Shown here: positions 28,101 through 41,713 of the stretch, one piece after another
How positions within the stretch are numbered: position 1 is the first letter of the stretch
How the letters are laid out: every line of letters starts with the position of its first letter
NCBI GenBank assembly: GCA_051294905.1
Contig: CM119372.1
Location: forward strand, 10,046,001 to 10,110,000
Direction: 5' to 3'
Length of the DNA stretch: 64,000 nucleotides
Source: Botryllus schlosseri
Taxonomy: Eukaryota
Translations under genes and position numbers: made by a program
The notes under the pieces: model-generated
Seen by the model: the letters and a program-made list of their open reading frames with translations, nothing else
What the model was told of the DNA's origin: nothing
Databases searched by the model: none

Positions 28101-31078
28101 TACTAGATGAGATCTTTCGAAATCTCTGCTACTTGCTGACGATTACCCCTGACGTGCATGAGTGTCAGTCGAACATATTTTGGTTTAGGTCGATGTAAAT
28201 ATATTTTTCAATTACAGTGAAAGTAATCACGGTTATTCCTGGATATATTCATTTTTCTACTTGGACTTGATTGAGCCTTGAACAGTGAACACATGTTCTG
28301 ATATTCGAACAATTAAACTGAGACTGTACTATGTGGGAACAAATTTTAGAATATTGTGACATGATTTGACATGTCCCAATATATCAATGAGTAACTTTCA
28401 CGATGTCGATTAGTTACACCCGCAGGTATTACGACCCGTGCAAACCAGAGTTAGGAGAGTGGCTGATGGCAGATTTTAATTGTGAGTAAAGAACGAGTGG
28501 TGTCAGCTTCAAGTAGGACCAAATATATTCAAATCTGTAATCGAGTAAGGAGAATTTTTGTAGTTTACATACTTGCCCACCGTCAGCGCTCAAACTGCTG
28601 CAATAAATTGGCACGCACACTAGCATCAATTCTACGAATTGTGACAGTTTCGATACGCAAAAAGGTTGAATTCTGGAATAGCGGTGCCTGTCTTACTCCT
28701 TTTACGAGTTATAGCGGTACCTGTTGGTGACCAGACCATATGGCATAGCAACGGTTTTCTCGGCAATACTGACACATCGAGTACTTGTTAGCGCGCGCGT
28801 ACGGCTTTGCAATGTCTCGTGAGATCTTGGTGTCTTTAATTTATTTGTCTCGTCTTTTGATCATCATCATTATCAGTCTCGTTTTCTCTCCATATATATT
28901 TAATTGCTAGACTCGTTTTCGTTGGTTACTTTGGTGAACAGACGGTTGGACGATTCTTGGGATAAAGCATCGTTGTAATTCCTACTTTGTAGTTTGTACT
29001 CACTTTATACCTTATATTTCTGCGTACTGCGTGCTGCCATTTGTGCTGTTTACGTTCTACTAAGCGTTAATTTGTATTAAAAGGTTGTTTGATTTACACC
29101 GGCCTTACATTCTACCGTCGAGATTAGACAGGCTTCTGCGCCACACGCTTATTTCGTGTGCCGCGCAGAAACAGTACTTTGCTAGTACGTGCGTATGGGC
29201 AAAGTCTAATCATGACCGATTCAAATCAGAAACTCACAAATTCTCTTCAGTAGAATAGAACTATACCACTTTTCAGTATTGTTGACCGAAATTTATAGCA
29301 AATAATAGTCAACCAAAACTCTATACACGTTTATGTTCGAGGTTGATGTCATTTCAGTCACACCATTAGCATGACTCAGCATGATTCCTACATAAGAATG
29401 TTTAGTGTTAACAGAAATTAAAATGCTCGCCTGCGCTATGACTTCAAGTGAATAAGAATATCTGAACCCGAGACCGCCTCGCTCATGTCAGCTAACAGTT
29501 CTGACTGATATTGGGACCCGTCATTCAACATAGATTGAACCGATGGTTAATACCATATACATAATACATGTATAGTTGTATACCCTCCCGATGCGATTTG
29601 CCTTTGGCTTCGATTCGAAATGTATGACTCGAATCTCACGGAAGGGCCAATGAATCGAATCGAATTCGAATCACTGATACGTTTTGTCCATCCGTAGTCA
29701 CGACGCAAGTTATGAGCATGGACATTGGCCAGTGATTGCGATCTAATAATGAGCAGTGAGGTTCACAAATCCGACGTCTCTAAACTGTCAAAGCGTGATG
29801 CAACGCACTATTCCTTGTAAAACTGAAAACTAGTACATTGAGTAATCGTTCTTTTAGATAGCAATCGATTATGCGCATAATAATCAAATACCATTAATAT
29901 TATTCGCAATATTATCACATCTTCGCCCTTCTTCAAAGCAAAATAGTACAAGCAGATTCCACTGAATAAATATTAGTCGTCGCTCACGATTAACGGACCA
30001 CGATCGGAAATATCGACTTAGCCTACCGACGCATGTCACTTCATTTTGATCGCCTGCCGTTTCAATGTTATCTTTTGTGACTTTTCAGTTCAGTGTGATT
30101 GCCTCTTATGGGCACAATCATGTGGTTTGTTGATATGATAAAATTATTAATCGACTGAAACCGAATATTCAACTTCGGTTCATAATGTCTCACGTCATTA
30201 GACATAATAGCGCAATCACTCAAGCCATTCAACACGCCAAATAGAATTTGGGAACCGAGGAGTCAGAACTATCTAGAGGTTTGCCGTAAAACTTCCCCTG
30301 CCTTAAGTGTTCCATCGCAACAGTATCGCTTAGCATTGCAACATTATCGATATCCGAAGTTACCTATACAATGTCAATGACGCCACGGCGTTACCGACGA
30401 TCTTGCGTCCTGTTATAATTCCAACTTATGCTGTACCAGGCCTACGATATTTAAGCGCCGTTAGTTTGGTTGCGGAAGACTAACCCACAATTATTGCCAC
30501 TTCGACGAACGTCATGTGATCGAATCAGCAGTATCATTTAATCATTTTTAAATATGAGCTACCGTGCAATTTTGCGAAACGGGAAATATAGAATTACAAA
30601 TGGTACAAGAACGTACAATCGTACATTTATCGCGTGCATGTGATCTGACGGCCCGAGGTTTGGCATATAGTCTTTCGGTGACACTTGAAAAGTGTCTCTC
30701 AATCGTGACAATGAACTGCGTAAGTATCCGTAGAATACCGCTTGCCACAATACAATAGCCTTAGTTTCAAGATGGCAAACAAGCTCTCTGGTTTAAGCTG
30801 GCTAACAAATCTACAGAATCGCCGTGTTTCAACTTAGAGATTATGCTGAAACTTATCGCTAATTTACCTTCCATTACAGCATGTCTATGTACAGTACAAA
30901 GCAAAATGTTATTATTTTGGTCAATCGATTTCCTGCGAAATACTTCAACATTATCATACTGGACAGCGTAGCAGACGAATAATACTCACCCCTCAATAGT
31001 AGTATCAGATAACTGTAATCTACCCTCGGTGACTGTCAAAAACTGTTTCGCAGGTATGGTATTCACGCTGTTCTCCAT
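19199..31078 (-). CDS. Class A orphan GPCR, paralog 2, ~373 aa; exons 31078-30990 (candidate first), 26342-26214, 24381-24252, 22093-21965, 21897-21758, 21088-20865, 19479-19199
   Basis: All junctions GT/AG with compatible phases; 1122 nt open frame; TM2 SLCISDL, TM3 end VLRF, ECL2 DARWPAC, TM7 SECLNPIFY. First exon (MENSVNT...IE G|) chosen from ATG, phase and GTGAGT donor, so it is less certain. Confidence 0.87.
22384..24032 (+). mobile_element. hAT Buster/Charlie-type deletion derivative in a GPCR-2 intron
   Basis: TIRs CAGTGGTTCTCAACC...GGTTGAGAACCACTG; perfect TSD CATTAGAG; transposase remnant LMSNDTIRRRIYEMPEEIK at ~23760-23820. Confidence 0.88.
24457..25326. mobile_element. MITE with TACTCGA/TCGAGTA repeats
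   Basis: Ends CAGGGCTGGGCA...TGCCCAGCCCT; no clear TSD. Confidence 0.6.
25429..26084. mobile_element. TAGGGTTGCA-family MITE carrying an expanded 21-24 bp tandem repeat
   Basis: Homologous to 17994-18399; degenerate TSD acccaaac/atccaaac. Confidence 0.7.
25548..25676. repeat. Tandem repeat (unit ~TGTTGTTGTGACGTCACGAACATT) containing five perfect TGACGTCA palindromes
   Basis: TGACGTCA at 25552, 25573, 25597, 25645 and 25667; variant TGACGTCG at 25621. Confidence 0.9.
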
Positions 31079-34000
31079 TCACGTTACACGTTACATAGTA
31101 GTCGACGAAAAGACGTTAAATCAAGCCAAACCGATCGTTGTCTGGCAAAAGGCGGTCAAGGTATCGTGCATTAAAGTTATCGCATTTTCTCTCATTCCTG
31201 CGGTGTCTAGAATTTATTTTCGTGTTGAAATATCTCTCTTCTGTGAACTGAGTTTCGCCGCCCTAATTAATATCTTTCTTATAATGTTCTGACATAATTA
31301 CGTCTGGCGCAAAAGACGAAGCAGGCCCTAGGGAACCATCATGAATATCAGTCGTTCTTAACATTTACTAACCCGCGGAACACTTACGCTAATTTACAAC
31401 CCATCGAGTGACCCTAAAGTTTCGCACTGTAATAAAAGCAAAATTCTACCACAATACACATTTAACTAGACATCTAATACATTACTATACAATACTGACG
31501 CACAGACCGAACTGTGGATCAACAGAGTGTTAAAATAACGAAACCATAAAAATATAACTTTCACACAAAACGAAAACTTTATTATGAATATTTATTGAAA
31601 ATCAGTCTCACGTCTGCTGCTCCCTTTCGGAGAGTAGTTCAGAATTGCGAGGCGTCGCCCAGGAAAGTGACATCGTCTCGTTCTGTCGAAGCGCACGCCG
31701 CGGTATCAATTGCTTAATTTCAAATGAGCTAGCAAGTATTGGAGATAGCAGTGCACTTCTTCCGTGGCATTTCAGAAGGTCGGGGTTTCGATTTCGAACT
31801 AAAAGACCTATTCCAAAACGTGCAAATCATAGCCTATTTCTCTGTCAATATATTGAATTCCAGAATATTATGCAGTAATTAATACGACGACGATACGACG
31901 GATTTTGTTACTTGAATAGGGCGAAAATTCGACGGCGGAAATAATCCCCTTGAAGATTACATGGGTCAATTAGCGGGAAACGGGCTCGTAATTTTAGGCA
32001 CTTCCTCTCCTTTTACCGGGTGCTTCGCCCTTTGTGAAACTATATAGGTGGCAGCTGATGCTCTGGTGTGGTGCTGCCTAACGCATGCGAAACTCCCCTC
32101 CAACACACACTGATAAATATCAGAAATAATTCGGCGCGTAGGTTTTTTGTCTTTATTAAACATTTTTTGGGGCTTATCGTCAGTAAGGTCATTTGCGCCC
32201 GATCATGAATCAATTGTACTCTGCTTGGTCTTGGTCTTTGCCACGTCTTTCACTGTCTCTCGCAAGCGTCAGAGTCTGTCGCAGCCGATTTTCGCAAGCT
32301 CGACATTACTTGCATCAATAGGGCTAAAAGTACGTCACAGCGTATGCAGTGAGGTCGGCGACGAGAAACACAAATAACCTCCGACATATAGAAGTAGTTC
32401 GAAACCGGGATAAGAACCACTACCGTAGCTGTCGTGACAACGGTGCACAACCAACTGCGCCACTCACTTCCCTTCGACGTATAAGTGACTTCATCAACGG
32501 TATATTTTCACTGCGTCACAAGGGATTGTATTTTGAGCGAATCAATAAACTCAATGTCTGTCTGTTTCTGTCTGTCTGACATCAGCGCATGTCCTTCCTC
32601 TGACTACGTCAAGGAGTACCTCACTACAAGCAGAATGCAATATTCGAAGGTGATTTCTTGACCACGTACCCATACAGTTACATGCCAAATAACAGCTACA
32701 TCCCGGCGATCATCGGTAGACCGAGTTGGTCCATATATAATATGTGTACAACATGAAATAAACGGTGGTGGAGATCACGTACCGTGCTCGATTCGTTGAT
32801 GCCGTGGCGCTGCATGGGCTGCTCTGTGGTAATCCTACACAACGCTATTGCACATTGCTGAGAAATTATCAACAATTTTCCGGATCGCATGGCACTATAC
32901 CTCAGCTGAATGTATCGACTGTATTATCGCAGTCTGGAGATAGTAATGCATTCGCAATTGGATAAACCGGACTTGAATACCTTTGCTAGTGGTTTCGGAT
33001 CACATTTGTAATCTTCGAAAAATAGTCTGTCTGTGCCTCATGTAAATAAGGTTTGGGATATTGAATTACAAATGAATTAAACTGAATTGAGGATGACGTA
33101 ACTGTAATGAAGGCGTTAACACAAAGCCACCGTACGGTTAAAACCAACGATCTATAACAGCGGCTCCCTAACTGCGTCCGTACAGCAATTGATGAGCGTC
33201 CGCAGTGAGAATTATTTTAATGATTGCGGTTTGTTATTAACTCTTTCTCAACTGTAATGCATGTTTGTATGATCATTAGTCTTTAGTTAGCTAATGTTTT
33301 AAACATACTATATGTACGATATTGCTGTCCTAGAAAAATTTGAAAAGTTTTTAGCGGATACTTCGAAACAATAATCAATGTTTTAAACATTATCTGTCAT
33401 ACACATTAGTCTTACGTTGTGTTTTATTATTCGATTATATAGCGTGTTTTGGGTGTTTCTTGCGGCATCAAAAAGCATCTATTATGCCGTTCTACCTGCT
33501 ATCGGCGATTCGTTCCAATTAGAAAGAATGATCACTGTGCCTGTGTAATACAAGAAACATGGTCTACTAACCCTATACAACGGAGGAGTGCGACTGTCGC
33601 AATGTAGATGTAGTAGTAGACGGCGATGGTAGATAAGTGATATAGAATTTTTTGATTTTTATAGGGCCACGAAACACTTAAACCGGGGGTCTTAAACTCA
33701 AATTTGCTGGAGTGCCAATTTCCTATAGTTTTTGATGACGTGGCGGGCCGCAGCATCAATAGAATATGGGTAATGGGTATTCAATGTCTTTCCAAGTTGC
33801 CAAGTAGGCCTTATTTGACGGAACCTTGTAGAATGAGATTCCGCCCATCGTGAAAATGTGATTTACCATGTAGCATTTCACGCATGTCACTATTTAAATC
33901 TAATGTTTAAATATTTGATTACAATTGTTGTTTAACCTGCTTTCGACGAGTGGCCTGTGTGGGCATGTGGAAAAGTTAACAATGCCCTGCATGGTATTTC

Positions 34001-34493
34001 TATCAACTTATCCCCTTTGTCGTTTAGGAGTAACTTGGATTCCAAGAAATTGGCATGCATTGTTTTCTCCCTTTGCCTTCTTTTAACTTCTGATTAGTCT
34101 TCCAAAATGAGGATAGCTAGTAGCGACTTTATCTGCTATTCAACGCTACAATATTCTTCCCGTAACCAAAACGTTGCGAGAAAGAACTCTAAAACTCGTA
34201 CGATGCAAAGGTGATGTGTTGTTGAGATCTCGATTACATCTGAAGTTCGTCGCCTATAGGTTAATTCCACGCAATCTTATTGAACATATTGCGACAACGT
34301 TGATCTGAAATTTTTACCCAAAATTAAGTCATCGGAGGTCACAACCGGTTATATCAATTAAATTAATTATTCAACGGCAACTGTTTGAATTTGGTCATTC
34401 AAAACACACCTACGGAATGTGCACTCTCAATCTCTGATTGCGCTCTGAATTGCTTGTCGCGATCGGAGCCCGGAAAAACAACTGAGTACAGTG

Positions 34494-35440
34494 TAGGGAT
34501 GGTGTGAACCTCTGAAAGGTTCAGGTTCGTGTGAACGCGAACCTTTTTGAAAGGTTCTATGTGAACGCGAATATGAACCTCATGACATAACGTGACGTCA
34601 TATTGCTAATTCCAACCCTGGATTTCTGTGAAGTGATAGCCTATATTAATGTACTTGTACATTGTATACGATACCTAGCGACGACTCGGCCCACATATTG
34701 CCGCAATGCTGAAATACATATTGACGTTTTAAACGTCGTCAAATCTATCATTCGAGGCAATATAAGCTTACGCCTTAACGGTCCAGGCCAGACCGGACAA
34801 TGTATTCGGCGTCTGAGTATTGCTACACTGATAGTGAGCAGAGTGTAAAACGGGTTTCTGTACTTGCTACCCATTTTACCCCTTTAACAAGTTATACAGC
34901 AGATAGCCAACAACCCAATCGCACGGATTAGGTTTTTCTGATACACAAAACAGATGGAATCAAGATTGACCCTGTAGACCTGCTACATTTTTTACATCAG
35001 AAAACGATATCAATTTCATTGATTGGTTGAATAAGCATCATTCGCTGACTACCTACCTACATGTAGTGTATTTCGCTCTCGATATTGTGTGATTGCGGGT
35101 CAAGCTCACAGCAAATGGTCACTAAATATTCACAAACGGAATGCTGGATATTTCGAGCAAACTTTTGTAACAATAAAGCAAATAAATTTTTTGAGATTGT
35201 CAAGATGCATGCTAGTTTAGTGTTGATCTTTTTTATACTGCCAGCGCCATGCATAGAGTGGTCTGCAGTTGAAATGCAATAAATTTCAACCAAATATGTT
35301 ACAATGAAGCGAAAATTGTAATATATGAAAAAGGTTCACAGTGCAGAACCTATCAAGGTTCGTTTGTGAACGCGAACCTCTAAATTTCCGAGGTTCACAC
35401 ACAGAACGCGAAGGTGAACCTCACGTTCACACCATCCCTA
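34494..35440 (-). mobile_element. Complete, uninterrupted TAGGGATGGTGTGAA-family MITE
   Basis: TIRs TAGGGATGGTGTGAAC...GTTCACACCATCCCTA; carries the empty site (tataagcttacgccttaacgg, ~34761-34781) for the giant palindromic element. Confidence 0.9.
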
Positions 35441-36540
35441 CAGTGTAGTACTATTGCTTGTATTGAACGATGAAAGCGAAGATTTGTGCTTTAGTTATCA
35501 GCGTACAAAACTGATATTACGAAGTCGAGAAATAAGGCAAGACCGTAATCGAAACTAGGCGCAAATTTCATGCACAGTATCGTGACCACCACGCCAACAT
35601 CAGCAATCCTGATCACGGCCGAGCGAGGGCTGCAGGCTTCAGTAATATTCCTCGACTTTGCTCGAAATAGTTCAGCAATTTTGTGGTAACAAAATATTTC
35701 GGGTCGGATTTATTCAACTTGGCGTTAAGGATCTTGACTCTCTCGACTTGTAAAATTTATTGTTCGTTTAGTTGTCAATGTCACATTTTAGTGAGAAGAA
35801 TACATTATACATGACCCCAAAATATGGTATACTGAGTAAAGGAGGCCATCTTTCTTTTTCGATGTAAACACTGAACTACCCCAGCAATTATGCGTTCACC
35901 GAATCCTGTCATAATCGTAACATTTCATTCATAACTTATAACCTCTTATTCCTGCCTGAGCTATTAACCCCTGTTGCCGAGTTTGTGATATCGTGTGATA
36001 GACTCCTTTGATTTATACCTGTATAGTAAAAGCTAAAATATATTCCGAAGTAAAGGTAATTAACGACCGTGGCGCACCAGTCCCATTATGGGAGATAAGC
36101 GATTATTACAATACTAGAATGTGATCCACTGATGGAAAAGTTTGGACGTCCCAGTAATACACTGTAGCGTCCGCAAAGTGACCAGTCCTAATACATACTA
36201 CATCATACATACATACGTCACACTATCGGCGAATGCCACGCTTGTTTAACCAAACATATAGCTAAGCCGTGGTCACATATCAACTCTTTCGTTCTTAAAA
36301 ACCCGTGGTTTAATATTAATGGTCAGAAACCTTAAAGTTTGAAGAGATCATCCACAGAGACAATATGAAAAGATAAGTTACACAAGAATGACGACGTTAG
36401 CGGCATGAAGAGAAAGTTTATGGTTCAAATTGCTGGATGACATATTGTCCTAATTGCATTAACAGTAAAACTAGGATAATAGACGGAATAATAAATAGAT
36501 AAATAGAATCGAACTAGGCTATCACTAGAAGCGGAAGTTC

Positions 36541-39500
36541 TCAACCTTCGTCGTCGCTACTAATATGATTGTTATTTATGGTGAGATCTCTTTCAATATT
36601 TCCTTTGCAGCATGTACGGAGATACTTTTGAGTGTACTTCCTCATCCGTGACGATCCGAGATTGTAGAACACCGGATTCAAACATTCGGACAGACGAATG
36701 AAAAAATACTCAGTGAGTCCGAAATAGTAGTCTACCCTTCTGATGTACTCCGTGTTAGTGTGACTCATCGTAGACCAAAACTCGTACGCTGAAAGCAAAA
36801 CGTGATGGGTCACCCTCGCTTGGAGAGACTTACGGATCGCCACTTACCGGTAAAAGGAATGTACCCAATGAGAAATGACACCACAATTAGAATGAGTTGC
36901 GTGACGGCTTGTCTTTGTTTTGGCAGCCTTCTATCATTTTGTGACGTGCTAGCCCCAGTTTGTTTCATTCCGTAGACTAATACGGATGTCCAGATTGCAA
37001 GAATCACGACAAGTAGCAATGGCATATATAAAAATATTGGATATGCGATCTTTTGATAGGTTGTGTACATGCCGTACCTGAAACAATATATTTATAATGC
37101 ATCAGTGGCCTTTGTCGGCATCGACGATTAGCTGAAAAGCAATTATCTTCAAAAGGTATGATACAAATTCTAATAGCATGAGTGACTGACAGAATGAGCT
37201 TGATTCGCTTATGCTTGTTCAAAAGTATCTTATACAATCACTAACAATCACATGGGGCCTACGATATCGTAGGCCACGAATCACATTATATAAATATGAT
37301 TAATTCATCTGCCGTCTAAGAATTCTAAAATCAGTTGCGTTACGTGTATCTTTAGGCAATAAATGCAATACCTGCAGTGAACTCAGATTACGTGATAAGA
37401 CATTACATGGACAATGACATATGTATGACTGTACAGTGTACAGTGTACATTACAAGTGTACAGTGTAAAGTTAACGAGTCCTTTTCTAAGACGGAAGTGT
37501 CACAGCGAACGCCAAGTCAAAACAGTCCCACGATTACATATTATATGAATAACTAGAGAGATAGTAATGCCCGTTGCTTGTGAGAGTGAGACCCTGGTTC
37601 GCAGAAGCCACACTAGACCGGGGTGGTGACATGCAATCGCAATCTTGAATTCAAGTTGATATTATGAGCAAAAAATGCAAACCGTACGCCCAGTAATTCT
37701 TTAATAATAAGTAAAAGCTGGATGAAATTCGAGTCCATTGCGAATCATCACTATTGATAATTATCATCCAAAATCCAAAACCGACGCGAGAATATGGTCA
37801 TATCTTCCAATCCGTGTTCAATTGTCCATTGATCATCTACGCGTCCGTTTTCAGTACCAGCTCGGAATATTATCGGGTATTCTGATGCTAGGAAGATGCG
37901 GAAAATGTCTGAACGACTGCGGCATACCGTCACACTCGAATTACTTAAAAGTCGATGATGCGAAGAAGAATTAATCAGCGATGGTGAAAACTTCTATCTG
38001 GTTCCATCCAACTATAAGGTATGGGCGATTAGAGTAGCTTTATGGTAGACTTGATCCCATCAGAAAGTTAAGAAGATAACTGACGAGATTGGCCGGTGTT
38101 GCGATGGTGACTGGCTAGCTAGTGGCTGCGCTGTTATTTTTGAACAACCCAAATAGACATGCATAAGCATAACCATGCGGGTGTCTGTGTTTTTGCAGTT
38201 GTAACCAAGTTATTTTTGAACAACCCAAATAGACATGCATAAGCATAACCATGCGGGTGTCTGTGTTTTTGCAGTTGATTTAGCAAGTTCAAGGCATACT
38301 CAGTGGATCGTCTATTACTGGGGAAGGCTCGGATTTAGATTCTTTAGCTGCGGCCGACTTTTTGGCAGATTTCGAAGGCGCCTTCTTTTTCTTAGACGAA
38401 GTTGTGGCGAAGATGTCATCCATGCCGTCGTCATCATCAAAAATCGAATTTCCAGCTTTTGGCTTTTTGTCAGCTTTCTTCGATTTCTTTTTACTCACAT
38501 AGATGCGAACCGCGATTCACCCAAACATGTGAATGAATAATCGTATTCCGTCGCTTAATGCTATGTCTCAGTATCTACCACTATAGGTTCCGTGGCGTTT
38601 CACTCCTTTGAGCAAGCATAAACCGTTAAAAAGAAGTTCAAGTCATTATTTAAGGTACCATCTTACACACGTGTAGGCCTACGCGTAGACTTCCAGACCT
38701 ACAGATGTAATAAAACTATATCCCAACAACGAATACGTTGAAATGCAAATATGCAAACTGACCATCGCATATTCGTCGTGCAAGCCGGCCACCTTGCATC
38801 TTGAGAATCGCTGTGGCGATCTCGAACTTTACTATGGAACCAAAGAAAAAACGGCACGAACCCGCAGCATACACTGATGAGCCAAATTGTACATATTGTT
38901 ACCTGTTAACATGCGATCATGTTTTGAAAAAAAGGCAACTTATACTGCATTGTGTTTACGAAATCACTTACCAATACCATGAATAGTGTTATCTTTTTAA
39001 AAAGGAAGGGCCATCTTATGGATATCAACCGCAGGCAGGCGAAAGAAACAATGTGCATAGCAGTGGAAAAGGAAGTAGTGATGTCGAACGCCCAGTAGAA
39101 CTGTATGAACGAAAGCATGCGGTGAAAACGTATTTTTGCAAAACCACTGCGCCGTGTTTGGGCTTTTATTTACACCCAATTCTGCAATGTATACAATGTG
39201 CACACACCTACATATATTAGCCAGATATTTTCGGTGGGAAACGTGCCCTTTCAATTGATTTCCACTCGAGCGATCACGGCGGAAGTGTGGCTCGCAGATA
39301 AAGGCAACAAACTTACACATTACTATGTGACGTCAGTGCAACAATAATGTAACACCTTACTCGACACAGTAAATCGGGCAGCTCCCAGTTATCAAAGCCT
39401 ACCGTCCGCCGATACCAAAACAGTGGACTGATGAGAGCAGATATCATGTCCGATACGCAAAGAGAAAATATCAACCACACAAACGCGTTTCTGCAATAAA

Positions 39501-41713
39501 TTACATTCGATTGGAGGCACTGTTGGAATGCTTGGGTTAGTAACGCTTTGCTCACCTCAATTCTTTATATTTAGAAATCACCAGGACCGTTACCAAATTT
39601 AGGCAGAAGCCTGCGAGGAGAAACGCCAGAATGACGACAGCCGATATCCATATCACTTCGTCGACAAACGGCTTTTCGTACGGCCTATAAAATGTCATCA
39701 ACATTTACGTCGGAAAACGTGTTTATAGGATTAGTGAACAAGAGACTAAGCTTTAACATGCGATCAGCGTGATCCACGGTATGTGGGTGAACGCAGGCGA
39801 GCATAGCAGCCGAATCGCGCCTGCTCTAGAATCGATTGACTAATTTTTCCAATTCAAAATAAGTACGACGTATTGAAATGAAAGTAAAGTAATATAACAT
39901 AACACACACTATGTTCACTGTATAGGATCACATCTGGTAACCATTCGCCCCGCATGCATCTTATTGCCAAGAGAAAAAAGAAGACGCAGTGAGGGGGTTT
40001 TCGTGCAGTGTGGAATGTTTTAACACATGATCTGGTGGGAAGATCCCGTAACATCGACTGCAGTTTTAAAAAGACACCTGAGTACCTGTATTCTAGACTT
40101 TTAAGAGCTCTAAAAACTTAGAAACAATAACTCAAACTGAGGCGTGGCTTTGTGTGATAGTCATCCTTGTCCCGTAGGATTCACTCAGAAAGAAGAATTT
40201 GAAAATGACACAGGTGTCTGCGGTATATGGCGTTCCAGCGAGGATATCTCGAATCACATGTTGTTTACGATACTGATAGACGCGCAGTGGTCGTAGGATT
40301 TCCCCTGTTGAGTATGGATATCTCGCGCCCTCGCGTCTGACGGCACTAATGACGGTTGGCAAAAATTCGAAACTGCGATTTCACTGACAAAATGAACTCG
40401 CTCGAAGTCCTTGCCTAAATGAACACCACGCAATCCTATATTACATCTATCATTCTTCCGGGGTCAGGAGATGGATGGCAGCGACACTTTATCTAGCGTT
40501 TTCAATTCCGCTCTATTGGATAAACGACGCGACACCGTTCCGTAACGGCGACTCATCACTAAATCCCTAATATTCGTCAGTAATATTTGTGCTGACGCAG
40601 TAACGTTACAAGTTCAGATAAATTCTGCTTATAGGACTTGAGATGCCGTAGTCCTCCTGTTGCATTTGATAATAACATACTATAGCTTTTGCGGTAATCC
40701 TCGTGAATACGAAAACTTGTGTACGCCTGTATAGGTGAATTTGACTCATAGACAACTAGAAGCTACACATATTTTCATCCAAATTATAATAGAATTACTG
40801 AATTCGCGAAAGCATGTCAGTTGAATTAAATTCCGAATTATAAAGATGAACAACAAAAATCTAATTCAGTTCATATAAACTCATAGTTCGTTCTGATAAG
40901 CTTAAGAATGGCAAATGCCTATACACAAAGCTTGGCTCGCTACGCAATACGAAGTTCATCAGCAGCATTTTCAGGATATCCATAAATTAGATTAGAATTA
41001 AAATTAGAGCACGGAAACACTTCACAAAATAGATTACAATTGGAATTAGAGCATATAAGCATTTCGCAAATTAGGTAAGAATTAGATTATAGCATTTCGC
41101 TCTAAATAGTCTAATTATACATCTACAAATATTATCTAGTTGACCAAGTTTTCTACGACTTGCAAAGAAACTAAGAGTGTACTCATCGCGTTAAATACAG
41201 ACCTGAAGTTGAGGGTTTGAAGACTTGAAACTTATCACCTTCCTGGCCGTGGCTACACCACATATCCCAGATTAGAATAAAAGTATATTATTAATATTAA
41301 TAGCGATGTTGACGAGACAACACTTTAGATCAAAATACCATTGAAATTTGATCTCCACTATTTCGGCTCTACTTCGTACAAGCTAATGTGAATCATGTTA
41401 CGACAAGAGACGGACATTTTGAATTATCGCTGATTCGATCCAAAAGGAATCAGGATTCCCGAATATCAGATCGACGGAACGACCACCCAATTCATAAATA
41501 CGTTGAACTAGAGTCGACCGGCTTAGGTAATTTCCAACACAGGCGATTCTGAAAATTGCAACGCCTTACGTTAGTGCGCCCTATTCTGCAGCTAGTTGGC
41601 TTTCTGCGATACTGAAGCTCATGTGAGATTTGCACTTACGGCGTCGAAGATTCGTTGAGCGATTGAAATCCGTGACTATTAGCCGTCGCAGTCGATGAAT
41701 TGTAAGATGACAT
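36541..41713 (-). CDS. Class A orphan GPCR, paralog 3, 359 aa; exons 41713-41640, 39684-39556, 39490-39361, 39100-38972, 38902-38763, 37077-36848, 36788-36541
   Basis: 1080 nt open frame, canonical splice sites; N-terminus MSSYNSSTATANSHGFQSLNESST with N-glycosylation sequons; TM3 end CLRL, TM7 SECLNPVFY; exon lengths 129/130/129/140 identical to paralog 2. Confidence 0.9.
38133..38277. repeat. ~76-bp tandem duplication just downstream of the FAM21-like fragment
   Basis: ttatttttgaacaacccaaatagacatgcataagcataaccatgcgggtgtctgtgtttttgcagttg occurs twice in tandem. Confidence 0.9.
38289..38498 (-). pseudogene. Isolated fragment resembling the C-terminus of WASH complex subunit 2 (FAM21/WASHC2)
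   Basis: SIFDDDDGMDDIFA...VIDDPLSMP* matches my recollection of the FAM21 tail (LF-acidic motifs, terminal DDPL); lies in intron 5 of GPCR-3; no other FAM21 exons seen. Confidence 0.6.

Noticed and set aside
31560..32970. Additional small gene between GPCR-2 and GPCR-3
   Set aside because: Some protein-like frames and AATAAA on the minus strand, but with internal stops and no recognisable family.
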